Below are positions 10,925 through 23,819 of a stretch of DNA of 46,645 nucleotides, piece after piece. The notes under the pieces were generated by a model. That model ran no database searches. It was given only the letters and a program-made list of their open reading frames with translations, and had not been told where the DNA came from. The stretch spans positions 113,805,010-113,851,654 of the forward strand of contig NC_068983.1 in assembly GCF_001194135.2 (NCBI RefSeq), given 5' to 3'. Source of the stretch: Octopus bimaculoides. Taxonomy: Eukaryota. Positions within the stretch are counted from its first letter, which is position 1, and each line of letters opens with the position of its first letter. The translations under genes were made by a program, and so were the position numbers.

Positions 10925-11305
10925 GGAGGCGCAATGGTCCAGTGGTTAGGGCAGCGGACTCGCGGTTTCGATTCCCAGACCGGGCGTTGTGAGTGTTTAT
11001 TGAGCGAAAACACCTAAAGCTCCACGAGGCTCCGGTAGGGGATGGTGACGAACCCTGCTGTACTCTTTCACCACAACTTTCTCACACTCTTACTTCCTGT
11101 TTCTGCTGTGTCTGTAATTCAAAGGGTCAGCCTTGTCACACTGTGTCACGCTGAATATCCCCGAGAACTACGTTAAGGGTACACGTGTCTGTGGAGTGCT
11201 CAGCCACTTGCACGTTAATTTCACGAGAAGGCTGTTCCGTTGGTCGGATCAACTGGAACCCTCAACGTTGTAAGCGACGGAGTACCAACAACAACAGCAA
11301 CAACA
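10925..11305 (+). mobile_element. tRNA-derived SINE (family 1, copy 2), inserted into an older family-2 SINE
   Basis: Head ggaggcgcaatggtccagtgg, B-box ggtttcgattccc, (CAA)n tail and 12-bp TSD agtcaatgaata (10911-10922 / 11306-11317). The joined flanks read ttcatcctttcgtagtcaatgaataagagtacca, like the family-2 core. Confidence 0.9.
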
Positions 11306-12518
11306 AGTCAATGAATAAGAGTACCAAATTCAGGACACATACAAGAAGCTGAATCTCCATTAAAATACATCTCACAATCCTAAAAACGGAAGGAAAGAAA
11401 GACTGCATGGACATGGTTAGCAAAAAGACAGCATAACTGGTGAGACTGCCTTTGATCGTAGGTCTGCTCAATTAGGTCTAGATCTATCTTGAAGCAAAAA
11501 AAGAAAGCAACAAAAGATTCTTGTGCTTAGTCCAAAATATTGAAAGTGCTCTTTCTCTCTCTCCCTTTCTCTTTCTCTGTGTGTGTACATGTGTGTGTAT
11601 GATGTATGTATATTTGTTTTTTATCTTTCACTCTCTCTCACTCTTGCTTTCTCTCTATTTTACTCTCTTTGTTACCCTCTTTCTCTCTCTCTCTCTCTCT
11701 CTCTCCCTCTTTCCACATTTTTAAATCAGAACAGAAATAGTCTGAACGTTTATTGGCAAAGCAAATAGCCAGATTATGTAGTGAGATGTTATTATAGCAA
11801 TATTATGTGAAATATCTGAACGAAATATTACAACAACAACAAAAATATTACAAGAGAATATCTAATGGGAAAAAAACATAAACATCAACCGAAATATTTA
11901 TAGGCTGGACAATAGGAAAGTAATTTTAGATAGAAATCTAGTGAGATATCTTGTGAAATTGGTTGTACAAAATTAAGGTAGAAATAGAAAATTTCAAAAT
12001 AGGTTTTTAGAAAATTTGTTTTATCATTTATTTTTCTCTTTTTGTTTCTCTTTCTTGTTTAAATAAATGAATTACAGAAACAGCAAAAGCAATTGAAATT
12101 CTAACGATGTCGATTCCGAGCAGATTTTTGACCAATTAGTCTGGTAATATAAATGTGTAAAAGATAATGGAAAATATATATAAACCCTGACCTCATTTTC
12201 AAACAGCTGAAGCAATATCAAAGTACTGACTTCGTATCTGAATAGATAATAAGAGACGAACTTTGTCTTCGACTTAAGAAATAACTCAGTTGTCTTCATG
12301 AATGTAAGTTTTTGACGCTCTGCTGTCTTATTCTTTGATTTTATTTACCACAATATTCTTTTCAACTTTTCTAAGAAAGTACAAAAGTATAATATTCTCT
12401 AATATACTACATATATATTCTCTTGTATTCCTATAACATAGCGGACTATTTTTTTAACGGATTTCATATTAATGCGTATTTTGATACCAGTGTTCCGAAA
12501 TATCAATCTTAAGAACAA

Positions 12519-13035
12519 TTGGCAGAATTCTGCTTTACGCACGCCATATAACCCCCAAACCCCTGTAACTTTTTTCATCTTTTGGTATTTTCAGAAAAGT
12601 TTTGCGAATTTGTGTTCTACACACGGAATTCATGCGATTATAGAAAAAGCAAAAACAAAACAATTTGGGTGCTGTTGTTTTTAGTACATCTCACGACCAC
12701 CTCATGCCCTATTCGCTTGTCTGTCAGTCTGATGTGTTGATATTTTTCAATATCTTTCTCTCCATGAACACATTTAATGGTCTATTGCTGTGGTTTAAGA
12801 CAAAAATTCGAACTGTCAGTATTTTTAACTGTGATTTAAAATGAAAATTTCGAAAAATTTACCAAATTTTTTTTTTAATTTCTAAAAATTAAAAAAATTT
12901 TCTTCTTTTTTTCATAATCATGTGAATTCCTTTGTGTAGAATACAAATTCGCAAAAAAAAAATTCTGAAAATTCAAAAGAAATAAAGAAGTTATGAGGTG
13001 GGTTATATGACGTGCGTAAAGCCCAATTCCGCCAA
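12519..13035. mobile_element. Fold-back / MITE-like element with about 130-bp imperfect inverted arms
   Basis: 12519-12648 (ggcagaatt...ctttacgcacgccatataaccc...gcgaatttgtgttctacac) matches the reverse complement of 12905-13035. No coding capacity. Confidence 0.7.
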
Positions 13036-13084
13036 ACATTTTTCATTTCGCTCAGTTTACCTATTTATGGATAAATAAACTATG

Positions 13085-13210
13085 GACACGTGGTTGCTAG
13101 GTTCCCGATCGTAATATGGTGAGTGATGGGTGCCTTGTATACTTGAGCAAGGATTTTCATTTCATATTTCTCCAGTCAAATCAGTTTAAAAATTGAGTAG
13201 CAGCCGAGTT
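13085..13210 (+). mobile_element. Degenerate SINE with CORE-like segment
   Basis: cttgagcaaggattttcatttcatatttctccagtc resembles the copies at 17125 (+), 27330 (-) and 36350 (-). Confidence 0.45.
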
Positions 13211-14229
13211 TTGGTGCATCCCTCTCTACCACCGAATGTCTGTCACATCAATGCTTCACTCGATCAAGGATGAGCAGACATATACACTGAAAGGATGTTA
13301 TGCTCTTGATGGGCGAAAGAGTGTTACATGCTGTCAAGTCATACATGCTTGATAGTTGAAGCTATGGCTTTCTGGTCAGATGAATAGGTTTACTTGTGAG
13401 TTATTAGCCTCCAAGTCTGAGTTCAAATCTTTCCGTGAGTAGATATTGAAAAAGGATAGGCTCAACAAGCCTGAATCGCACTAGGCACGTTATTTTAAGA
13501 CAAGGTCTATAAATGTCTCTTTGTTGTGTGTGTATGCATGTATATGCATGTTTTTACTTATAATCGCGTTCAAATTTGTCTCTATGAATTGTCTCTTAAT
13601 GCCCCATAACTAATGGTTTGTTAGACTTGCACATACAAGATTTTGCATTTCTGACAAAGCAACATTAGGTGATATCTTAAATGATTTCTAGAATAATGTT
13701 ATCATATTGTTGAAGCCTCCCTGATATTCTTTTGATGCTTTCATTCACTAGACTGCAGCCATGCTGGGACAATACATCCAAAGCTCTATAATGGATTATA
13801 TCGACACCAATATATAATTCAAACAGTCATATATACATTATATTATCGGTAAGTTATGGGTTTCTACATGTCTATCCATAAGTTATGGGACTTAAATGAC
13901 AACACATTGACACAGACCTGAACAAACTACACACACACACACACACACACGGGGACACACACATGCACACGCGCACGCACACACGCACACACACACACAC
14001 ACACACGCACACACACACACACTCATCACACACACACATAATATATTATGTGTGCATTTATGTTTTTTTTTCTTTTAAATATTTCAGCCGAAAGATTGTG
14101 GCTATACTGGAGCACCTCCGGTGTAATGACCTTTTCACTGGCTATTTTTATGAATTTTGGTGAAGAGTATATATACGTGGTCGGATCAATAAGTATTTTT
14201 TTAAGTCTTGGGTAGCGATTGTCGTGGCC

Positions 14230-14945
14230 CGTTCTATTCCATTGTCAACTAATGATGCTGGGTAATGTCTTTCAAGAAGAATTTCCTTTGGTTCTTGGAG
14301 TCTTTTATTTCGTGTTCTATAATTTGAGACAATTGTAGATTCTTCTCACTAGGTTCAAGGGGATGTTTGTCTTCCTGTGCTTTGGGTGATTGGAGGTGAA
14401 CAGGTGTTGTTTGGAATCAGTTGGTTTGTAGTGGATATCAGTTTCAATGTTGGTGCCTTTTTTATAATAAGAATGTCAAGAAAAGGATGTTAGTCTTGAC
14501 TATATTCCATCGTAAATTGGATATGGTTGTTGACACTGTTGATTAAGTTTTAGAAATCATTGAGTTGGTCGATTGTGTGGGACCATAGGATGAAGCAATC
14601 ATCCAAGTAGCGTTTCCAATTCTCCAACAGTGTATTTTGATTTGGATTCTTCATAAATTTGTAATTCTAGGTAGACCATCACCAGGTTTGCATAGGGGCA
14701 ACTTTAGTACCCATTGCAGTTCCTGATACCTGTCTATAGGTATTATTAAAATTCAAAAAGTTGTTTTGGAGGATAAACTTAAGGCCTTCGATGATAAATT
14801 CTTTTTTATTCTTTCCGGGACCTCATTGAGCCAGAATTTAATGGCTATTAGTCCATATTGATGTGGGATCGTAGTTTAAAGGTTTATTTCATCAAAAGAG
14901 ACAATGAAAATGTCATTATTGGTATGTTTGGGGAGATGATTTAGT
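14230..14945 (-). mobile_element. Penelope-like retroelement RT fragment
   Basis: Minus strand reads IVSFDEINL*TTIPH...FIIEGLKFILQNNF...GTAMGTKVAP...ENWKRYLDDCFILW...HPKHRKTNIPLNL, homologous to the fragment at 375-1515. Confidence 0.85.
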
Positions 14946-15904
14946 CGCCAAAATAAAATTATATATGTGCATGTGTATATGCATGAGTATATACATGTAT
15001 ATATATATGTATATATACATATATAGATATATAGGGCAGGGAATCGTCAATTAGTAATAAAATTATTAACAACTTTGCCGAGTAGCTCAGTATGAAAAAA
15101 ACCTTTATCGGTAAAACCATTTATAATCATAAATATACAGGGATTAGCAGGAGCCTGCTTCTCCAACATGCTGAGAATTCAGAAATAGCAGTCAGAGAAC
15201 TACTNNNNNNNNNNNNNNNNNNNNNNNNNNNNNNNNNNNNNNNNNNNNNNNNNNNNNNNNNNNNNNNNNNNNNNNNNNNNNNNNNNNNNNNNNNNNNNNN
15301 NNNNNNNNNNNNNNNNNNNNNNNNNNNNNNNNNNNNNNNNNNNNNNNNNNNNNNNNNNNNNNNNNNNNNNNNNNNNNNNNNNNNNNNNNNNNNNNNNNNN
15401 NNNNNNNNNNNNNNNNNNNNNNNNNNNNNNNNNNNNNNNNNNNNNNNNNNNNNNNNNNNNNNNNNNNNNNNNNNNNNNNNNNNNNNNNNNNNNNNNNNNN
15501 NNNNNNNNNNNNNNNNNNNNNNNNNNNNNNNNNNNNNNNNNNNNNNNNNNNNNNNNNNNNNNNNNNNNNNNNNNNNNNNNNNNNNNNNNNNNNNNNNNNN
15601 NNNNNNNNNNNNNNNNNNNNNNNNNNNNNNNNNNNNNNNNNNNNNNNNNNNNNNNNNNNNNNNNNNNNNNNNNNNNNNNNNNNNNNNNNNNNNNNNNNNN
15701 NNNNNNNNNNNNNNNNNNNNNNNNNNNNNNNNNNNNNNNNNNNNNNNNNNNNNNNNNNNNNNNNNCATACGCACATAATAGAGAAAAATGAAACAAATAT
15801 GGACGACTTGCTCCGAAACACCAGCGAGTGGGGAACGCTTCTCAAAAATAACCTGCAGTTGTTTCCTTCAAAATTCCTACATGCTCGAAATGTACATACA
15901 TCAA

Positions 15905-16116
15905 GGTATATTTGTAGAAAATTTCACGAAAAAATATTAATTTTCCTGGAAGTTAAGAAGAATTTAAGTGGACTCTGTTGGAATTTCCGAAAATTGTCCC
16001 CCACCCCCATTCCAAAACACTTTCACCGGAAAGTTTTGTATATTCGGATTCTACATAGTAAATACTATATGCATAGAAAATTTCATTAAAAAATATTCAT
16101 TTTTCTGAAAGTTATG
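15905..16116. repeat. Two degenerate direct repeats of about 45 bp, about 157 bp apart
   Basis: tagaaaatttcacgaaaaaatattaattttcctggaagtta vs tagaaaatttcattaaaaaatattcatttttctgaaagtta; probably subterminal repeats of a non-autonomous DNA element. Confidence 0.6.
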
Positions 16117-17124
16117 ACCTCCCAAAGTCTGGGGAGTAAAACCCTGTAGTTATGCCAAAAGTTATACTGGCTGCAGCAGCTGATCTCTCCAAGTGATCAA
16201 TGATATATGTCTGCGAACACAAAATGCACTACATACAATGCGCTCATCATTACACAAGCATCTCTAACGACATAAACATGTAAAAGTGTAATTAATAGTG
16301 CCTATGATACCGAGTTTCGGCAAACAACGCAAATAGAGAACTCGATACGATTTATAAAATAATATAAATTTATTGTGATTTAATAATTAATATAATTACC
16401 ATAAATTTTTCTGTGAAGTCTTCGAATTGCTTCCCAATATACAATCGGTAGAATGGAAAAAAGCTATTGTTACTGTATTCATTATTAAGGTATTTTGAAC
16501 AATTAAAACATAAAATCGTGTAAGTTATAAAAGGAAAATAATATTAAATGATGACCAAAATCATTTTTGCTTTCAGTAATTACTGAAAAACAACTCTTTA
16601 TGAGTTTTACAGTAATTAAATCTCTTCGGTAGAAGTGTGAACTCAGTGTGATTTGGCGAAGTATCAGCAACCGATTGGCTGTGGAAACATATGGAGATAT
16701 ATATATATATTTGTTTAAGTTAGAGTAGGAGAATTACAGAAGATATAAATTATTCTGAGACACCATCCACATGATAATTAACAATTAATTAAAGGAGAGA
16801 GTATACCCAAACTTTAAAAGATAAACAAGCCGAAATAAAATTATATATTCGACAGAGATGCCTCCGATGAAAAGAAACATTATTCGTTGGCTAATATTAT
16901 GTTTCATTTACTGCATATGTAATTTTTCTTCGTCTTTTCAAGTTCTAAGCATGAAATATACTTTCAACCAATTACTGTTAATTATCGTAAGGTCGGCGTC
17001 ATCAATTTTCATTAATTCTCTTACTCTGCCACTTACAACTACACAGTGCTGTGTGTCTACTTGGCAATTTGATACTACTATTTCAGTAATACTTTCTATT
17101 ACTATGGTAAAACCTCTCCTACAC

Positions 17125-17260
17125 GTGGCCTAGTAATAAGAGCATTGCACTAGTGATCACAAGATTGTGGTATCCATTCTTGGACCGGCGGTGCGTTGTG
17201 TTCTTGAGCAAAGCACGTCATTTCACATTACTTTGCGGTCACTTTAACATCTGACTTTAC
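17125..17260 (+). mobile_element. Degenerate tRNA-derived SINE with CORE-like segment
   Basis: A-box-like gtggcctagtaataag, followed by gtgttcttgagcaaagcacgtcatttcacatt. Confidence 0.55.
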
Positions 17261-17483
17261 AGGCAATGTCAATTTAACTGGAAGCAACACAAACATTAGA
17301 TCACAAAAAACAAATAATTTGTGCAGGTAATTCTGCACGAAATTGCAAAAACTCTCAACTGTCGTCTACCACAAAGACAGACCATTTCAATATGGTTTTA
17401 TGAGTAGAAACTTCCATTAAAGAGCTCGATGCAAACGAATGATGCCCGATCGTGCCTCTCGTACAAGCCACTGAAAGATAAAA

Positions 17484-17908
17484 TCTGTATATATGAAAGG
17501 CAGGATGTGTGTGCGTGTGTGTGTACGTGAATGTAATTTATGCACGTCCACAAATTAGCACGCATGTCGCTCTAATTTTAGGAGGACATTCGTCATGACC
17601 CTAGCTATATTTTCGTCAACTTATTTTTCCGAGGCACCAGCGAATAGCTGTAAAAATAGATTTTCAACCAAAACTTTTAACAATTTTCAAGTCGGAGAAG
17701 TCACAATTGTTTACAAATAGGAGTTAAGTACGTGTGTGTGTGTGTGTTGCCTANNNNNNNNNNNNNNNNNNNNNNNNNNNNNNNNNNNNNNNNNNNNNNN
17801 NNNNNNNNNNNNNNNNNNNNNNNNNNNNNNNNNNNNNNNNNNNNNNNNNNNNNNNNNNNNNNNNNNNNNNNNNNNNNNNNNNNNNNNNNNNNNNNNNNNN
17901 NNNNNNNN

Positions 17909-17959
<51 letters not shown>

Positions 17960-18303
17960 CAGACAGACAGACAGACATATACCTCAGACTTAGTTGTGAT
18001 CTTAACATAACTGCTTCTGACACAGAGAATCGGGAGCCCTTTTAGGCATTCTATTTTCCTTGCTGGGAGGGTTCCCAACACATGGGCAAAGAAGGGTTAG
18101 ATGATGGGGGTGGTGTTTTCAAAGGGCTGGCATGTGTAACCTGATTACCTTTGCCGATCAAACTCCCAACCCATGCGCTCCCGTCGCGACACTGATTCTG
18201 TCCATATTTGACGTCGATGTTACTTAGTCTGGTTTGAAATAAAGAACTTGATTAGCTTAATAATCCTAACTTAATCCTGGGCAAAGCCGGGCTATACTGC
18301 TAG
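17484..18303 (+). mobile_element. Non-autonomous Helitron-like element (contains microsatellites and a gap)
   Basis: 5' A|TC at 17483-17485, subterminal hairpin cctgggcaaagccggg (18276-18291), and 3' CTAG|T at 18300-18304. This fits the Helitron A|T target rule with no TSD. The 5' end assignment is less certain than the 3' end. Confidence 0.6.
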
Positions 18304-18934
18304 TCAGTTATATATTAAGTAAATTTTAAACCAGTTCTATTTCTGCCACGTTTGACAAGATCCAATAGAATTGTGTTACCTGTTACGTTGCAATATGGTA
18401 GTCTTTGGTATCCCCGTTGTAATTTGCTATAATAACAAAAAAGTGTTTGTATCAAATACATATTACCAATGTTTTTAAATCCAGTTCTATGCAAGTAGTT
18501 CTATATATAATCAATAACAATGTTACATTAACAAAGGTATCATTCTATAAGAAATAAGAAATGAGTGGTTATGTCTATAGTGTGTGTATGTCTGTGTGTG
18601 TGTGTGTATGTGTGTGTGCGTGCGTGTGTGTGTGTGTGTACTGGCCTTATGTGTGTGTGGCGTCTCGTGCCTTATGAGTGAAAAGTGTATAGAAACCCGT
18701 TTTAATGATGAAACTTCTAATTCAAAGGTACAGCCTTATCACACACTGTCACACCGATTCTACCTGAAAGTTAATTTAAAGGCACATATCTATGGAATTG
18801 TTAACCCTTTTACTCGATAATTTAATAAACAGATAAATCAATTGAATTCTCATCGTCAAAACCGACCGATATTCCATATACATACATGTGTGTATGTATG
18901 TGTGCGTATGTGCGTGTATGTAATAAGAGAGAAT

Positions 18935-20130
18935 GAGAGAGACGTCGAATACAGACTCGTTGGCATAGAGGACATATTCTCCTGAATAATAAATACTCTC
19001 CCCAATAATCATTGCCATTCAAACAAGCCTGATAAAAGAAATGATTGTCTTTGAGTAAATACAAAGAAGCAAACTTTTTGGAAAAGATCGTAGCAGTAGT
19101 CAAACAGTGAAATACAAACCACGTGGAAAATTACTTTACATACACCATGGCGACGAAAGAACCCGGAGTTAGCTATCGCAGATCGCGGAACTATGAAGAA
19201 AAATTCCAGTGGACTTTCGAACTGAACCAAGACCTATACGAGTTCGACAGAAAGACTAGGGAAGATCCCTCGATATGTTACATGAAGAGACTTAAACAAT
19301 ATTGGGATAAGAAATACATAATATTCTCAAATTTTTCAGAGAAACAATTACGCCAACAAGCTACCTTTGTTGAAAAGAAATATGCCACCCTACCAAATAA
19401 AATCATTCAGCCAAAGTGTACGAATGATAACACTCGTATTAACAACACAGTAAACTTTTTTCCGCAAAGAGACTGTGAATGACAAGAACAAACTGCAACC
19501 ACTACACGTACATGTGGAAACCGCATGTCCGTGTAGTGGTTGCGGTTTGTTATTGTTGTAGTTGTTAATGTTGTTTGTACTGGCAGCGAACCCCTTGTCA
19601 GCCCTATTAACAAAATACCAAAGTTACATGCTGGGACATACAGAAAAGAATAAAACTAATGGCAACCACACATCTCTTTGTTCATGAACTGAAGCTATAT
19701 TCTGGTAATATGATCAACATCAAAAAAACAATTAGAACTAGTCACAACATTCTCACCAGACACAGAAATGGAATTTGGGCAAGATAAATGCTCATGCATG
19801 ATAGTCAACCGAGGAAAGAATGTCAACCAGATAAAAAGTACATCAACGGCTTGCCTATCTTCGCTATGTATCTTGAAATCGATGAAAGTTGCATACGATG
19901 GTGTTGTGACAAAATCCAAAGCCAAAATAACAAAAGAGAACTTCTGTAGACTCCGGAAAATATGGATCTCAGAGCAGTCTGCATTTAACAAGACCATATC
20001 TCACAATGCTTTTGCAGTGCCGATACTAGTACCAACATTTGGGATATTGAACTGGACACTAGGAAAGTACTAACTAGAAAAACTAGAAAAGTACTGACCA
20101 CTACTGGCAACGTCCACGTTAACAGCGACT
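18935..20130 (+). mobile_element. R4/Dong-clade copy D: 5' region plus RT, internally deleted
   Basis: N-terminal FQWTFELNQDLY...YMKRLKQYW...SEKQLRQQATFVEKK (19123-19482), decayed RT catalytic segment THLFVHELKLY (about 19668-19700), MEFGQDKC, and NKTISHNAFAVPILVPTFGILNW. Confidence 0.8.
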
Positions 20131-20670
20131 CCAAGATACGAGGCTGCACTTCATGCCGATAATACTGTCGTCTCTTCAAGTCTCCAAGAAACATACTCTT
20201 ACGTAGTCATTTTTGGGCTCATTTTTTGGTATGCTGACCGTGTTACAGCCAGGTTTTCTTTTAGGTATGTTAGTCTAACTACTTAGAAATTGTATGGAAG
20301 GAGTCAGGAAGAGAGTGCTTACTAAGGAGTTTGCTACCAACACGTAAGATGTTATTCTCTTCGCTTTTCAGCACTAGGTATACGCATTTATTTTTGATGA
20401 TGTTTAATGAGAGATACTGCTCAACATTCGAAAGTTGTCTGTACTGATCTCAAACCTCTACCGCCTTCATCTCTTCTAAGACATAGCCTGTCGATATCAC
20501 TGTTTCTGTATAAATTTCCTACTGATATCAGGATCTTGCGGCTTTTGTTGTTGTTACTTAACATTAATACTTTACTGCTTACACAATTATAACAAATATT
20601 AGTATTTCTAGCTATATTATTCAAAATATCAAATAATTGTACTGGTTTATGACTGTTTGGAGGCAAAGAA
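20125..20670 (-). mobile_element. R4/Dong-clade fragment E, opposite orientation to D
   Basis: SRKILISVGNLYRNSDIDRLCLRRDEGGRGLRSVQTTFEC (ORF 20421-20666), continuing leftward with NNILRVGSKLLSKHSLPD. Confidence 0.8.
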
Positions 20671-21179
20671 TCAGCATTTTACTCACAGAAGTATGACAAA
20701 AGTAGGTTTTAAACCCTGAATCTAATATGATAAGATGAATTTCTTAATTAGATTCTTAATTTCTTAATTAGAAGCGAGTAGTAGTAGAAGATTTCTTGTA
20801 GTGTATTTTCTCGCTACTCTTTTCTAAAAACGCGAATGACGAGGGCGGAATTTTCTTTCTGATGAAACTATTAGTAGAATTTTTTATACAGTTTCATATT
20901 CTCTTTTACTAACACCATAATTTTTTCCTGCAGCTATTTCACTCCAAAGATTCGATGCCCTTTAAATGGAAATGAAGCAAACGTTGATATTTTATATATG
21001 AGAATAAATCATATCACTAAGGACATCATATTCTTACACATATTGTATGAAATGGTTTCCTAGCCATTTCTCATGTAAAAATTCCGTTGATTTTATATTA
21101 TGAAAGTATTCAAAACGTTTGACCTTCCGCTTCTAAGTAAGGTGCAGCATAGCTTGTCCCGTAATCAACATTGATTTAC

Positions 21180-21266
21180 CTCACATAAATACTGTAGGTG
21201 GAATCTACTGATTAGCACTGCTGGAAGATAATCTTTGGTAGAATTTTGGAAGTTTTCAACTCGTTT
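21180..21266 (-). CDS. Candidate coding exon of an unidentified gene (KRVENFQNSTKDYLPAVLISRFHLQYLCE)
   Basis: Acceptor cccttacag|, donor gag|gtaaat, 87 nt, open only in phase 0, and phase-compatible with the candidate exon at 22202-22322. No homolog recognised. Confidence 0.35.
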
Positions 21267-22201
21267 CTGTAAGGGCAACTATATTACAGAGAAGTCTGCT
21301 ATAGACTAAATAATTAGGCTTTCAGTTAGCGATGTATGGTTTAGATTTGGCTCTTGGTTTTATTTTACTATTAATTATTTGCCTACAACTGAAACTTCAT
21401 TCTGTATGTAATTTCTAATTTGACATTATATACGTTATGATATGTCTTGCTTAAATGTATTTCATCTAACCAAAGCTTTTCGATATTCGTCTATTCCGAG
21501 CTTTAGAGACACGATGTATCGGTTTAATAGTCAGGAAATATCAAACTTCACCTAATATAAAGTTTACCTTAATCATTAGAATTATTATTGTTGTTGCTGC
21601 TGTTGTTTCTGTTGTTATTGTTATAATTATGTTTTGGTTAAGTTCTATACAAAACCAAACACATGAAAGCTAAATTTTTTCTGAAGCATCTCATTGCTCG
21701 TGTAAGTCATGCATACGAGTCTGATTTTCAGAACTATATTAGAAATTCGGTTTTGTGACACTCATAAAATTGCAAAATTAAAGTATCATAACATTTTGAG
21801 CACATTGTGAGGATTCTATTTGCGTACTATTTGCGTACGAAGCAGGCTTCGCAAGGGGAATGGTATTTGTTGGACACCTTGCAGGATGAAAAACAAGCCT
21901 AGTCAGAGGGTGAACTAACTCATAACACTCAAGAGTTATGAGAATTAGAGAATCCTCGTAGTCTCTGTTTGGAGATCGCTCTGAGAAAGAAATCTGTGAT
22001 GCAACTCCTGCAACTTCGTTTGCATCCAATGATGTAGATTAGTTCTTCGTATTAAGCAAATGCATACGTTATTTAACGAATGGGATTACCTCTATACATG
22101 GCCTTTCGTCACTTCAAAAACCTTCATTGCTTGCCTTTTTACATCTCTATTATGTGTTGCATACTATGGCTGGCTGTGGCCAAAAAACTAAAAACACTCA
22201 C

Positions 22202-22322
22202 TGAAATATTCCATGATGGAAGGAAAGCATCAATCAGCGTAGGTGATAGGCATGCAGAACATTTGTTGCAAGGGACACCCAATTTTTCCACATCTTTGAA
22301 AAAGGGTCTAGGTCCCCAGAAA
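22202..22322 (-). CDS. Candidate coding exon of an unidentified gene (FWGPRPFFKDVEKLGVPCNKCSACLSPTLIDAFLPSWNIS)
   Basis: Acceptor agcttttcag|, consensus donor |gtgagt, 121 nt, one open frame ending in phase 0. The + strand ORF 22080-22379 lies in the wobble-sharing antisense frame. Confidence 0.35.
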
Positions 22323-23000
22323 CTGAAAAGCTACATCCGTACTGCTTTAAGAGAACAATCAAGCGATAACATTACTTGAAAGCTAGTTATAACCATCATG
22401 TATGTATGTATGCATATATAACAATTACACAAGTGTTGAGAATAGTTATTACTTATCGAAGTTTTACTTAATAATAGAAAACTTTCAGCAAGTTGTATCT
22501 TCCTTACACAGCTTCACGGGAGATGTGTCAGAATTGTTTCGATATCTGCACTCTCCTACAAGGGTCAATGACACGTCTTTGTTTTGTGTGTATTCATATT
22601 TCTCGAAGATACATCTACAGTAACCAATAGTATTCTATAATTCGTTTCGTGTATATTTATTCTCCGATTACATCGTATATAATACGTTTCCTTTGTGCAT
22701 TTCTATGTATTTCTGTTTCTTTTTACTCAAAAAGATGATGAAATTTATTGATTTTTTATAATAAATTATGCATTTCAGTTTAACTCATTATGTGCACCAT
22801 CGAATACTAAGTACAAAAGGATAACCTAAAATCAAAAGATTATATTGTAGTATATTATTTTGTATAATATTATATATAAAATATATATCATATTGAATCG
22901 TGTGCGTGTGTGTATGTGTGTGTATACAGCATCATATTACATATGTTTATAATGTGTGTGTGAGTTGTGGATATATGAATGGCACTGTATTATATATATA

Positions 23001-23039
<39 letters not shown>

Positions 23040-23819
23040 TACACCTCTGTGTGTTAGTATATATGCGTTCATGCAAACATGATTTGAAGTCAAAAGCAGT
23101 TTATAAAAAAAAAAATTAGAAAGAACCACACTGAAAGAATAGAGTACGATGCGGTTTAATATATGGAAAGAGTATTAAAGCTGTAACGTTTCAGACAGAA
23201 AGGAAAGAAGAAAGTGAATTAAAGTGTCAGAGATAGTGAGTGAGTGAAAAAAATATATAAGGTTCTAGCAATTTGTGGGTGGGGAAAACAAGAAAAGAAA
23301 AGCTCTAAGCCAGCTCGTTCTGTGAGAGGGAGGCAAACGCGATGCGGGCCAACGTAAAACTACATGTGTCAGAATGTGTGCGTGCGTTTATATTGTATCT
23401 TATATATTTATATTATGCATATATATCTATATATGATGCGTTTAATATATCCGAATAATATATATTTTATATTGTATTGTGTTGTAACTATTTATATGTG
23501 CACGTGTATAATATATCATATATACTAATATTAATTTTGTCGTTAAAAGCACGAAACAGGTAGTAATAAACAGTCGACAACTGAGGAGGAGTTAGACTTC
23601 CTTTGGTATTTTGTCCCGTACTTGTCTCTCGTTGTGTGTTTACGTATTTTTCGCTCGTTGGTGATGTCCTGTACTTAATGCGTATTTTTTCAGTTACATG
23701 TGTATTATGTGTGTGTGGGAGGTGTACATAATATAAAATCAAAAACAGTTAAAAAATACAAAAAGAAGGAAGTGCGATGATACAGTATTCGTTTAGCGCT
23801 TGAAAGAGATATGGTGAAT

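Noticed and set aside
16571-16588. 18-bp perfect palindrome tttcagtaattactgaaa, and a 10-bp stem hairpin at 43023-43046
   Set aside because: Short and isolated in AT-rich DNA, with no supporting context.
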